The notes under the pieces: model-generated | What the model was told of the DNA's origin: nothing | The model's database searches: none | What the model saw: only the letters and a program-made list of their open reading frames with translations | Part shown: piece by piece, positions 39,331 through 51,405 of the stretch | How the letters are laid out: each line of letters starts with the position of its first letter | Numbering within the stretch: position 1 is the stretch's first letter | Assembly: GCF_001194135.2 (NCBI RefSeq) | Contig: NC_068999.1 | Location: forward strand, 1,404,563 to 1,468,562 | DNA length: 64,000 nucleotides | Origin: Octopus bimaculoides | Taxonomy: Eukaryota | Direction of reading: 5' to 3' | Made by a program: the position numbers and the translations under genes

Positions 39331-40382
39331 TGTTCTTTCATATGCTCTGCTGTCATTGGAATGTGTCTAATATACCAAAGCATCCTTTATGCCGTCAGAT
39401 ATAGTAAATAACATCAAGGTTTCCTTAGGACAGAACTGAAATTAGTACCCAGAGATTCGGGGTAAAAAATAAATAAATAGCGTTGCAAAATGCTTCAACA
39501 GAAGACGATAGAGTTCTACCAATTCGTCAGCGGTTAACAAAATAGAAAAAAGCAAAACAACTGTTTAATACACATTTTTTAAAGAAAAAGAAATTTTAAG
39601 CGTTGTATATTAAACATTTTAAAAATATTTTAAATATTGTTGCAATAATATTGAAAAAATATTTGAATACTCTATTTTAGCATTTAAAATATTTTAAATG
39701 TCGTGTGATTAAAAGAAATATATTAGACAAATATTGTTGAAACATATTTTGCTGTTACGCATATGTATGAGTCTATATGTGTATATATATGATGTGTGTG
39801 TGTGTGTGTGTTTATGTATTTTCGTAGAGAAAGACGTTTCAAAACACGTTTCCATAGAAGAAATATAACAGCTTTTATCCTTTTATTTTCAGGGAATCTT
39901 GATGTTGCAAGAAAGCTGGATTTACTGTTATTTTACCGTGATGACAGTTATGGGACGTTATCCTTGCGTTTATTTCTTTCATCGACAAAAATGGAACTTA
40001 AACGTAAGACAAAATGGAGCACAAACAGATCCCAACTCTGGTCTGTTTGAATACACCTATGGTCAAAAAATATTTCATTGAAGAGGCTTTTGTTATTCTT
40101 CTTCTACTTCAGTCTAGATTCACTGTACGGGTTGAACTATTCATCATTTCGATCACTGAATATAAAACGTGGCCCCTCGAGCGCCCTCTGTCCGTTCGGA
40201 TGTCTTTCCTTGGACACCATCTCACCCTTCTATGCCAAACAGTCACATGGTAACATTTACAGCTGTCTGTAATGCTGGAACGTAAACTAAAGTATTTTGT
40301 TCAACAGGACAACGCATGTTTAACTCAATTTACTTCGCTCGCTAACGCTGGTTAAATGATTTAGACATGGCAATGCTAGCTG

Positions 40383-40600
40383 GGCGGCGAACTTGCAGAC
40401 TCGTGACATACCAAGAAAAAAAAATTAGCGGCATTTCGAAGTCTTTACTTTCTGAGTTCAAATTTCGTCAAGATTCATTTTGCCTTTCATCATTTTGAGG
40501 TCGATAAAATAAGAACCAATAGAGTATTCGGCTCGATGAAATCGACTTAACCCTTTCTCTGAACTTGCAGGCCTTGTACCAAAATTTGAAATCAGTATTA
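40383..40600 (+). mobile_element. Family A tRNA-derived SINE, near full length
   Basis: Head GGCGGCGAACTTGCAGA, B box GAGTTCAAATT, core TTTGCCTTTCATCATTTTGAGGTCGATAAAATAAGAACCA and tail GCAGGCCTTGTACCAAAATTTGAAATC. Confidence 0.9.
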
Positions 40601-40839
40601 TCTGGGTGAACGATAACTGAGGGTGATAAATTGGAGCACTTTGAGAATCTATTACGGCCTTTAGTTACGCTTTTTTATATACCGATTTCTGGTGTCAGTG
40701 AAATAGACAGTGCTTCTCATCCTTTCGAAGTTTGTGAAATAATCAACTCAAGCCCTCCTTGATGGATATTATGTATTTGTGTCTATTCATTGTATAATAC
40801 CAGATCCTTCTTTTTGTAAATATCGACAAACCAACTGCG

Positions 40840-41100
40840 GAACTACTTATGCGGCCGCTGACCACGCTAGATATAAAGCTGTAATTGTCTACGAGTTATA
40901 CGCTACTGACCTCTTAGTGGCTCTGAACAAATGGAGGACATGACTATTAAGGGCCGCCCAACGGTGCGAGAGGGATATTTCTGAGTTGTGGAACTGACAC
41001 CGAAGGCTAAAGACCATGGATTATGGCGCAAAATTCCTGGAACGTCAACTTAAGCTGTTCAGCCACCTAATACAGTGGAAGCTAACACACTCCGGCCATG
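40840..41100 (+). mobile_element. Possible very degenerate RTE-clade LINE C-terminal remnant
   Basis: GC-richer island. Frame-broken peptides ATDLL.., KGRPT and KAKDHGLWRK loosely recall the DLLLW..GRP....DR..WR region of RTE ORF ends (from memory). Confidence 0.25.
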
Positions 41101-42471
41101 TTTCATAGGCATTCATTTGAGATTCTCGATGAATCAATCCCACATGGTACTATACAAGGCAAATATCGGTTTGGGTCACTATATAAGTGGTTATATGATG
41201 TCCATAGAATAGAAAATTTAGGTCTAGACGAATATCGCAGCAAATTTAGATTTTACACTGCATTTTTATTAAGTTCAATACATAGATGTCTCATAACAAT
41301 TATATGCATTTAGACATTCACAAATTAATTATATTTCGCACGTGAAACAATTCCAGGAAAAGGGGAAACATTATTTGTTGGCGTAATACGAACCAGAGAA
41401 CGCAAGAGAGACCAACATTTCTGTTAGTCTTATCACCTCATCTGGCTTCTTCACTTTGTCTGCTTGAATTACATTTGCACATACACACCTTCCATGATCG
41501 TTTGCAACTCATTCTCCGCCACCGATCAACTACAGAATTATGTTCCAGCAGAAACCATTCACAATTCTTATTCATCAACAAGTCACAAATTAAGAAGGAT
41601 GTTACGTCAACCATCTTATATGGCTTCTTGTTGAAAAACGTGAGCTTGCAACTTTGCTGAACACAGAATAAGAATAGCATTCGAAGCATTCGGAAAACAG
41701 TCAAGAAAAGACTCACTTCATTAAATAATAATAACTTAGAGCGACAAACGATTCCGAAACAACGTGTAAAAGGAATCTTAATTGAACATTGATTTATTTA
41801 CCGCGTTTCTAAGTCTTCAGTTGCAGTTTTGGCAAAGGTGTATTACTAATTAATGTATCAAATTCTTTGAGAGATATTTCCATCTTGTTTTATGCCAGTG
41901 ATTTTCTTCAAGTTATTATCCTTTTGAGTAGCGCATAGCTGTTTCTCGCTGTATTTGCTTGACGAATACCGTCAAGTATTGTTTAACTTTCTTCTGCTTG
42001 TTTTTGTTTTTAGCTCTCTTATTTTTTATTTATTTATTTATTATTATTATNNNNNNNNNNTTTTTTTTTTTTGTCATGGTGACGTTCTCGGCTTCGAAAA
42101 GCCTTTTGTGGAAAACAAATCTTTTGTTACTGTTATTAATACTGTCATTAGCTATATTACTTGTCTTAACAGTAATCCTCATCAGCATCATCAACTTCAG
42201 CATCATCATTAGTATTATTATTGCAATCAGCATCGTCATCATCACCATCGTTTCCACCATTATAGTGCGTGTCAACTTTGTGCGCTTGCTTTCTTTCCAT
42301 CCCCGTTTAGAATTTATTTTCAGTTTATGTCAAACATAACTTAATGAAGAAACTTTTTCTTTTCATATCTATTTTCTTTTTCGTTTCTTTTGCTATTTCT
42401 ACAAATGTCTTCGAAATATTTAAACGCAAATCTAACTGTTTATCGTGGGGTGGGAAGGAAGGCTGGTATAT

Positions 42472-42686
42472 GGGAGCAGACGCGGCTCTATAGTAAGGAG
42501 TTTGCATTCAAACCACATGGTTCTGGGTTCGATCCCGTTGCGTGGCATCTTGGGCAGGTGTCTTCTACTATATCTTCGGGCCGACCACAGCGCTCTCAAT
42601 GGATTTGGTACACGGAAACTGATAGAATCTTGTCGTGCATATATGTCGTGCTGAAACTTGGGCGCAGTCAAATGACTGAAACAATT
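42472..42686 (+). mobile_element. Family B SINE in which the head is joined almost directly to the terminal tail
   Basis: Perfect B box GGGTTCGATCCC (42525-36), CORE-like TGCGTGGCATCTTGGGCAGGTGTCTT and GGATTTGGTACACGGAAACTG, then only about 20 nt before GGCGCAGTCAAATGACTGAAACA (ends 42683). Confidence 0.9.
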
Positions 42687-43571
42687 ATGAGATGAAACGT
42701 AAAAAACATATTTCCTTCGTGATCACGTTGCAAAGTAATAATTAGTCGGATGAATTCTTTGAAGCTTGTACAGAAATAATCTGTTATGGACACGGCTATC
42801 ATTTTCACAGAGTAACTAATTACAAAGAACTATAATGTAGTTTCCACGGACCTGAAAATCCAGGAAATTCTATCGGTGAAATTATTCCAGTATATAAAAT
42901 CATGCAAGCAGGAGATATGTGAAGTGAATATACATTTATGTAACTATGGGATTTCCATGGGACTACAGCCGTTTCTCACCCTCCTTCATGTAGTAGTAAT
43001 TTCGGCATTGAAAAAATTATGCGTACCTTTGCATTCATATATATGCTCAGCAATGATATATTCACAAATTAATGTAGACAATGAAAGCCGGATCATAATA
43101 TCAGCTTAACACCATGAATTATTGATCTATCAATGATTTTACAGTGATCTGATGGGCTAGCATTCTTCATTTGCATGAAATTGTCAATATACAACGGCAT
43201 TCTAAAATGGTGAGCATACGTATGAATGCAAATATGTACACGTATTTTTATCGATGGTGGAATTTATACTACATGAATGAGTTTGTGAAACTGCCGTAAT
43301 CCCAGGGGCTAAATAAATATTAATTCATTCTCAGGACATTATGGTTATATATATATATATATATATATATNNNNNNNNNNNNNNNNNNNNNNNNNNNNNN
43401 NNNNNNNNNNNNNNNNNNNNNNNNNNNNNNNNNNNNNNNNNNNNNNNNNNNNNNNNNNNNNNNNNNNNNNNNNNNNNNNNNNNNNNNNNNNNNNNNNNNN
43501 NNNNNNNNNNNNNNNNNNNNNNNNNNNNNNNNNNNNNNNNNNNNNNNNNNNNNNNNNNNNNNNNNNNNNNN

Positions 43572-43603
<32 letters not shown>

Positions 43604-44767
43604 GTATGTGTGTGTGTACTTAGTCCTTATACATGTATATCCTTCACCATAGCTATTTATCTACCTACGTGTCTGCCTACCCAACTCCTACGAACGTCTG
43701 TTCAAACCTACCTCCGGAAAATTTCTGAAATTCTTCGCTGTCTGTTAAACGTAATGGCTACATGCTAGGATTAAAGAATTCTCTATTGGATCTCACGTTC
43801 TTAAAGGGCCTATGTTCTATGAAAAACCATTTATTTCTCTTGTTGAACATTATATGACTACTAAACATGTCACATGATGTGGACACGCAGTTAATCATTA
43901 TAATAAGAATGATACAAATTATTTCACACCTGTAGTTGATACAGACGGAAAACCATCCGATGCAGCCGGCTGCCCTTGTATAGAGAGAAGCCACACATCC
44001 CTAAAATCATATCTTCCCTTATTACAAAAATGATACAATAATCTTGTTGAGGAAATCCTTCATATACTAAAACAAAAACAAAAAGATTTATATATAGAAA
44101 CCCGTTGTCCATGAGTCTGTGTGGTTATGGTTATGTATATATATATATATATATATATATCTGTGTGTGTGTGTGTGACTCTGTGTGTGTGACTCTGTGT
44201 GTGAAGATCTCATGAATTAAATCTAAAACATCGAAAATCACATAGAAGCGATACAAGTTTTCAAATTATCCATACAATGATATGACACATACTATATATG
44301 TTATAGTATAATGTTGGAAACCTCATACATTCTTTTATGACAAAATAAAGACTTAAGTTATTATGAAATATCAATCTTTTAATATAAGGCATAACACATA
44401 TGTGTGTATGTGTGTGATTGTGCGTGTGCGTGCGATGTGTGTCTCTACAAAGGTGATGCATCAAACGTCGTTGAAAATACGAGATATTCGTTGCAATTTA
44501 AAACATATGAGATGTAAAGTAACATTTCTTCTAGAATATATATAATATCTTTTATTATTAAATGTCCTTACCATTAATTGCCTCGGAGAGGAATTATTCT
44601 AAACGGTAAATATTCTCTCTGTATACGTGTGCGCCTATGATTGTAGAAATAAGTATGTAAATATATACAAGCACACATCTATAGGTATATAAATATATAT
44701 ATATCTACACGCACAAATAAAGGTATACAGATATTCATATATGCGTATGTGCGTGGATGTGCATACA

Positions 44768-44801
<34 letters not shown>

Positions 44802-45504
44802 CATACATACATGCATACATATATGCTATACATTTATAAATACATATATACTACACAGACGTACATATTTATATACTACACAGACATACATGTATATACA
44901 TATACACAATAGCGATAGTAATAAATCTTTATTATTCTGTGTGTTATTATAATGTGTTTTAGAGGTGTCGATGTCATGGACTGATTCAGTGGAATTCCTT
45001 AATTCCCTCTCCAATTTCAATTTCTAGCTGAACGTTTTCCGTGGGATAATTATGAAAGGGAAGGTTTTTCCCTATTGTCCCCGAGAGGTGACATTGCTTT
45101 GTCTTTGTGTTTTCTTGAACCCAGTACGAATTTTGATTAGATCAAACATCAATTTTATTCCAGTAGTGAACATCTCGTGTTAGAGTACACTATAATTTAC
45201 GACCTTTCGATTTAGCGAGTACGAGTTTAGGATAATTTTGAGATAATTTCGTGGCGGACAAGAACTAAGTTGTGGCTGCTTTGTTGTAGCTGCATTACTC
45301 CATGAATAAAAGCCCTCCAGCCATGAGCACTATGTCTGTTTTATTTTCAACAGTTGTCTATCAAAATGTAGATTTTTTGATAAATACTTGAATATTATCT
45401 CCCTTAAAACGGTGCAATTCTGATTTATTTAGGCCCGTATTTATTATAGCAGCTGACATGACAACGTAGGAACACCATCCTGTTGGTCAGAGCCAATTTG
45501 GGGT

Positions 45505-45775
45505 ATATATGTTTCTTTATAGGCCACACAGGGCTGAACACAGAGGGGGCAAAATACAAAGTAGAGCTTTTCTTTTGGGGAAGAAGAGAAAAAATAGTCG
45601 GTCGAATTTCGATCAAAAGGGATCGTGGAAACGAAAACTGAAAAGAAAGGCCGATCAATAGGGATCGTGTATCACAGAAATGCCAATGTAAAAAGGGAAA
45701 ACAGATTAAGTTTATCCGTGGAAAGAAAAGCCTACGGAAAAGACCACGGTAACCTTGGACAATAATGTCATACAA
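45505..45775 (-). mobile_element. 3'-terminal fragment of a retroelement (probable LINE 3' UTR) sharing its last about 38 nt with the family A tail
   Basis: The reverse complement of 45512-45549, CCCCCTCTGTGTTCAGCCCTGTGTGGCCTATAAAGAAA, aligns with 55341-55376. The sequence upstream of the shared end is unrelated to the SINE. LINE identity is inferred, and no ORF is seen. Confidence 0.5.
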
Positions 45776-45891
45776 AAAAAAACGAAACAAAACACATTAC
45801 ATTGACTCTCTTCTTTCCTTTCTTGTTTTGGTTCATAGGATTATGCTCAATCTGGCTCCGTCATTCACACGAGCCATCCTTGCTAGATTCA

Positions 45892-46081
45892 TTAATCGAA
45901 ATAAAAACCATCAGAATCAACACACTTTTGCCAACGCGAAACATGAAGTTCATTCATGCCAGTAGCGTTAAAATCCCGCCTCCTGGTGGCGATGAAGTCG
46001 TTGAAGGCTTGTTTGGTATCGTGGAGCTTCATCGGCATCCAACCACTGAGCTGAGCGTCGCTGGTTGTCGTAAAGGATCTA
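45892..46081 (-). mobile_element. Mariner (Hsmar1/cecropia-like) transposase pseudogene fragment with a large internal deletion
   Basis: 46081-46022 reads *ILYDNQRRSAQWLDADEAP (W codon mutated to TAG). After a 1-nt frame offset, 46020-45892 reads DTKQAFNDFIATRRRDFNATGMNELHVSRWQKCVDSDGFYFD*. Both match well-known mariner motifs (WILYDNxRRSAQWLD; FYATGINxLxSRWQKCVDxNGSYFD). Confidence 0.9.
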
Positions 46082-47289
46082 GACACAAGTCAAGGATATG
46101 TAAGTGTGAATGTATATATATGTATGTAAGTGGGTGAATGCATGTGTGCGTGTGCTTCTGCGAGCACTCTTGCGTCAGTGACAAATATCTACAACTTTCG
46201 GAATATTTTCCAAAACATGTCTCAAGAAATTCGTTCTGTCATTGATTCCGATTGCGTAACACCGAAAACCAACCCCGCCGTCACACTTGTCAGTGGAAAT
46301 GCAACGAACCTGATCCGTTATAAACTTACACCCAACAACTTCATTTCTCACAAAAAAAAATTAATTATATTATGTATATATATATTTATATTAATTAATA
46401 ATCACACTAATTACATGTTAGCTATTGAACTGATGAAAACGTTATTATATGAGAATAATGTAACAGAATTAGTATGAATAATATATATAAGAAAAAAACA
46501 TGGGTCTTTTTGACGTCTCTTAATTAACTACATATCACAAACCTGCAAGCTATTAAGAAGAAAAGAAATAGCAAAATCACATCAGCAGCAGCAGCAGCAG
46601 CATCATCAACAACAGCAACAACAGCTGCATCATCATCATCGCCATTTTTCTCATCAACAAAACAATAACAACAACAACAACAATTATAATAATCATAACC
46701 ATAATAATTTCGATGATAACTTAATTTTTTTATTTCGTTTTACTTATATCTGCAACGTTGAAATCTTCCTTGCATACAATTTTCGTTACTCCTCAACGTT
46801 GGAAGTCTTGTCCCAATGGAATCGTAAGCAGGAATCTCAAGAATGGCTAAAAATCATTTGTTTACTTCTTTTACATGTAGAATGATAATATAGATATGTT
46901 TTTGAATTTGTTTTCTTTTTCTCAACAAATTTTTAATGATTTCTATTATGTCTTACACCAACAACGTTGAAAACTAATTCGCGTTTCGGCAATTCAACTC
47001 CTGCGAATGGTACCGGAAATCTTAATAAAGATCTTGGTAAACATTGTGACAAAATAATGTTAGTAATTATGAAATGGGTAGCAACAGTTAAAGTGGGTGT
47101 ATTAGTAAAAAATAATGATAATAACAGTGGTAGTAGTTGTCGTGTGGATGGTAATTATAATTACTATAACTAGATTAATAATAATGTTGATAAACAATTT
47201 TAAGTTAAATGTGTTAAAGAATGATGATGAGAAATAGTGAGGAAGAGGAACCCAATTGTATATTTTGTACTTGTCTCGTTGCGTTGGTT

Positions 47290-47570
47290 TGGGGGAATGT
47301 CTAGCGAGCTTCCGGTGTTGGGGAGTCTATACTGTAATTGGGTTTAAAATAAACATACTAATGTTTGGGTTGTCGGTGACTAAACTGGCAAACCCACCGA
47401 GCGTGCTTGGTGAGGTGGATGGCAGCTGGATACCCTGTACCAAGAAAAACAAAGCTTGTGAAAGGACGGATGAAATCAGGGGAATCAACAGTTACTAAGC
47501 AATGTATATGAGGGTAGGTGTGGACTCTCTGAGCCTCGGTTGGCAACCCTCCTGGTCATGGTGTCACGGT
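47290..47570 (+). mobile_element. GC-richer island, possible 5' region of an RTE-type LINE
   Basis: GGTGTGGACTCTCTGAGCCTCGGTTGGCAACC recalls RTE 5' regions (from memory). There is no ORF and no second copy in the window. Confidence 0.3.
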
Positions 47571-47769
47571 AAAAGTACTGGTGATTGCACAATTATTGAC
47601 GTAAAGTCAAGTTGTAAATTTCGTGACAAGAATTTTTATACAACACAAATAGTTATTCCAGTTTCACGTCTATTGACCTTACATTTACTCCAATGCCTAC
47701 ATGTTATAGAACACAACTTAATGAAAAGCCAAAACAAATAAATACGAACGAAATGAGATCCAACGAAAA

Positions 47770-48210
47770 TGGTGATTGTGGTGCTGATGGAGATAGTTGT
47801 GGTTTAAGTGTGCTGGTGCAAGTGGTGGTAGTGGTAGAGGTCGTGGTGGTTGTGGTGGTTGTTTTGTGTTGGTGGAAGTGATTGTGGTCCTGTTTCTAGT
47901 GAAGGTGATTGTGGTGGTTGTGGTTACTGTGGTTGTGGTTACTGTGGTAGTAGTTGTAGTGTGGTTGTTGTTTTTGTTGTTGTTTTCGTTCTTGCTTTCG
48001 TTGTTGTTGCTGTTGGTGGTGCTGCTGAGTTAATGATGATTGTCGCTCTAGTGGTTGTAGTGGTGTTGGTAGTGGTTATTTTCGTTGTTGTTGTGGTGGT
48101 GGTGGTCGTCGTCGTCGTCGTGATGGGGTCTGTTGCTGTTATAGAGGTGACGATGGAGGTGTTGGTGCTGGTGAAGGTGGCAGAGCCGGTGGCGGCGGCA
48201 ACGTTGAATA
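47770..48210. repeat. Degenerate (GGT/GTT)n triplet tract
   Basis: Direct reading. It gives poly-V and poly-T ORFs. Confidence 0.9.
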
Positions 48211-49816
48211 TGTTCTGAGCCAATAAGGCTTTGTGCCATTTCTATTCGGCGGATAGAAATAAGATCTGCTATTTTGATTCTGACCAAACGAAACTTTTGT
48301 CTGAATGAAAATATTTCACTTGGAATTTTTATTTTCTCTCAGTCAAAGAACATTCATAAAATTTCACATTCTTTTTCTCCCCACGGTTTAAGAACTTATC
48401 AAAACTTATATAATTCATTTGATAATAAAATATTTGTCGAATCAAAGTATCTGATAAAAATAAGACCTTGATGAAAGTCAAAACAAAAGAAAATATTAGT
48501 ACGAGAAACTCTAAACATAGAAATGTAACGACGCAAAAATTAATTGTGTGAGTGCAGTTTGGTAATGAACTGAAGAAAAGTTTCTAATTGGTGAAAGAAA
48601 CCTAATGAGAATGATAAAAGTGTCTCATGTTTGATTATATCGACATTATCATCAGCAGACTACCATGAACATAATTATTGCTTGCAATAAAACAGCAATA
48701 AAAAGACTATTCTCTTAATAACCAGCTGAAACAGAAAATACAACCAGGAATGAGTTTAAAAAAATATCAACGCACTTGTAAATTTATTGTTCCACGGAAA
48801 ACACTGAAACTCATTAAGGAAATATGGAAAAACCTTTCATAAAAAAAATATGTTGCTTTTGTACAGCAGAGTTTTCTGTATTACGCAACTGAAAAGAAAA
48901 TATGTCCTCAATATATACACATGTACAGAGGCTGGACAAAAAATATAAACCATATTAGACACGTTGAATTATATGTTGAAAAACCTGATCTGAAGCCAAA
49001 TAATCACAGCAACGGAATAATGTATTGCAAAAAAAAAAAGAAGAAAGAAGGAAGTCTATATTTATGGGAGCGTATAGACATATGAATTGAAATATTAAAT
49101 AATAAATACTCTAGCAACTATTGATATTTCAGAGACATCAGATCCATTCCGAATAAGGAACGAAAAAATGGCGTAAAAGTGTGAAGTAGTTTTGGACATT
49201 ACTTCTCTCTATACATTATATATATATACCGACAACAGCAAGATTTAAGTTCATTAACCTCCTATAAACGTACACAGCCCAGATCAATTTCCACTTACCA
49301 ATTTCGGTTTACTTACTTCTATAGTAAAATGTGAAATATTGCCAAAACTGAACGAGCATCTACCCACCCCACCCTAGTAACCATTAGAATTACGATGTGT
49401 GTGTGAACTTATGTCTGAGTGTGTTTGTATGTATGTGTATATATATGTATGTTTGTATATAGAGGGAGACGCATACACACACGTATCTGTATATAATTAC
49501 ATCCCTATATGTACCTCTGTATTTATTCATGTATATGTGTGCGCGTATGTAGTTATGTATGTACATATGTATGCTTGTCTAAATGCATACACGTAATAAA
49601 TATAGAAGTACAGACTTTCTGTGAGATGAAAGTAATAAACATAAATATATGTACACCAATAAATATATACATACCTATTACTAAACACACACACACACAC
49701 TCAAAAGCACACTCAGATCTTTATGTATACATGTACCAAAAACGAGATGCAGATATACACACGCAGTCAGTAATAACCACAAAAGACACAGATAGAAATG
49801 AGCATAAATGCACACG

Positions 49817-49862
<46 letters not shown>

Positions 49863-49864
49863 CG

Positions 49865-49895
<31 letters not shown>

Positions 49896-50602
49896 TAATA
49901 TACATAGTTTTACATTAAAAATACGAGTATATTAAACGTGACTCTAATAGCCTTGGTAGTGTGAAACATGATAAAAATTACTTCTGAAAGTCTACGAGGA
50001 ACGGCATTTGGAATTATGGGTAAAGTCTGAAAATTTGTTATTAAAATCAAATAAATCACATCGTTTTAAATCTACAAAATAATTAAGAAATAAGAATCTA
50101 GGNNNNNNNNNNNNNNNNNNNNNNNNNNNNNNNNNNNNNNNNNNNNNNNNNNNNNNNNNNNNNNNNNNNNNNNNNNNNNNNNNNNNNNNNNNNNNNNNNN
50201 NNNNNNNNNNNNNNNNNNNNNNNNNNNNNNNNNNNNNNNNNNNNNNNNNNNNNNNNNNNNNNNNNNNNNNNNNNNNNNNNNNNNNNNNNNNNNNNNNNNN
50301 NNNNNNNNNNNNNNNNNNNNNNNNNNNNNNNNNNNNNNNNNNNNNNNNNNNNNNNNNNNNNNNNNNNNNNNNNNNNNNNNNNNNNNNNNNNNNNNNNNNN
50401 NNNNNNNNNNNNNNNNNNNNNNNNNNNNNNNNNNNNNNNNNNNNNNNNNNNNNNNNNNNNNNNNNNNNNNNNNNNNNNNNNNNNNNNNNNNNNNNNNNNN
50501 NNNNNNNNNNNNNNNNNNNNNNNNNNNNNNNNNNNNNNNNNNNNNNNNNNNNNNNNNNNNNNNNNNNNNNNNNNNNNNNNNNNNNNNNNNNNNNNNNNNN
50601 NN

Positions 50603-50875
50603 ATCCGCCCTAATTAACATTATCCCGAAACAAATTAAACAAGAAAAAGATACCACCATCTTCAAAGAAAACATGGACAAATTTCGTCAAGGGAAACCAA
50701 GTAAGCTCCTTATACCTGGATAGAGCTCAGTTTAAAATTCCCTACCTTAACGGGCCATGATACCACGAAACTTGAATTAACATGACTTAACAGTTCCTAT
50801 CAATTAGACATGGGCTGGTCCAATCTTTGACCGAAACATATCTACGTTATCGAAGTTATCTAAATGAAATAACAT
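50603..50875 (+). mobile_element. 3' end of a CR1-group LINE (degenerate ORF2 C-terminus plus short 3' UTR); the 5' part may lie in gap 50103-50602
   Basis: From 50604 the frame reads SALINIIPKQIKQEKDTTIFKENMDKFRQGKPSKLLIPG*SSV*NSLP. This matches the typical CR1-group terminus (P.LFN.LP..I......FK..LD.FL..IPD.P..PGY....NSL; from memory). The UTR ends ...GACCGAAACATATC with (GTTATC)-like repeats. Confidence 0.75.
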
Positions 50876-51159
50876 AACTACTCAAAAAACCCAATTAACA
50901 CAGTTATTAGCGTTTGTCTCATGTATTCAGCAGAAGCTGCATTAGATTAAAATAGATGTCTATTACGCCATAGTTAATGTACATACATCGTGAAAGGCAA
51001 ACATACTGGGATATTCATTCGCAGAGGAAAACCGACATTCCAGCAGGGAAGAGTGAGAACGCCAGACCCGTTTCTTACTCGGTAGGCGTTCTCAATAGCC
51101 TTTACTCACAATCATCCGCTTAACACACACACCAGAGATCGAAGAAACAACTGACTTAG

Positions 51160-51405
51160 CTATTCTTTTATCTCTTATTTGTTTCAGTCAATATACTGCG
51201 GCCATGCTGGAGCACTGCCGTGACTACCAGTGCCGCTGTATCAACATCAGCCTAACTAGCGGTTCAACAAAAGAGACTGATAGGATAAGCGCCAGGTTTA
51301 CAAAAACAGGAATTACTGAGTCGATTCATTCGACTGAAAGCTCTTCAGGGATCGTGCCTCAGGATGGCTGCACTCTAATGACTGAAACAAGGAACAGATG
51401 TAAGA
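51160..51405. mobile_element. Two family B 3' modules in opposite orientation, forming a fold-back element
   Basis: 51179-51219 is a minus-strand tail (TGTTTCAGTCAATATACTGCGGCCATGCTGGAGCACTGCC). About 51240-51390 is a plus-strand module ending GGATGGCTGCACTCTAATGACTGAAACA. Confidence 0.8.

Noticed and set aside
43678-43720. TACGAACGTCTGTTCAAA resembling a mariner TIR start
   Set aside because: It is a single short match with no partner end or transposase sequence.
48925-48955. TACAGAGGCTGGACAAAAAAT resembling a Tc1-type TIR
   Set aside because: I could not find the inverted partner nearby, so no element can be delimited.
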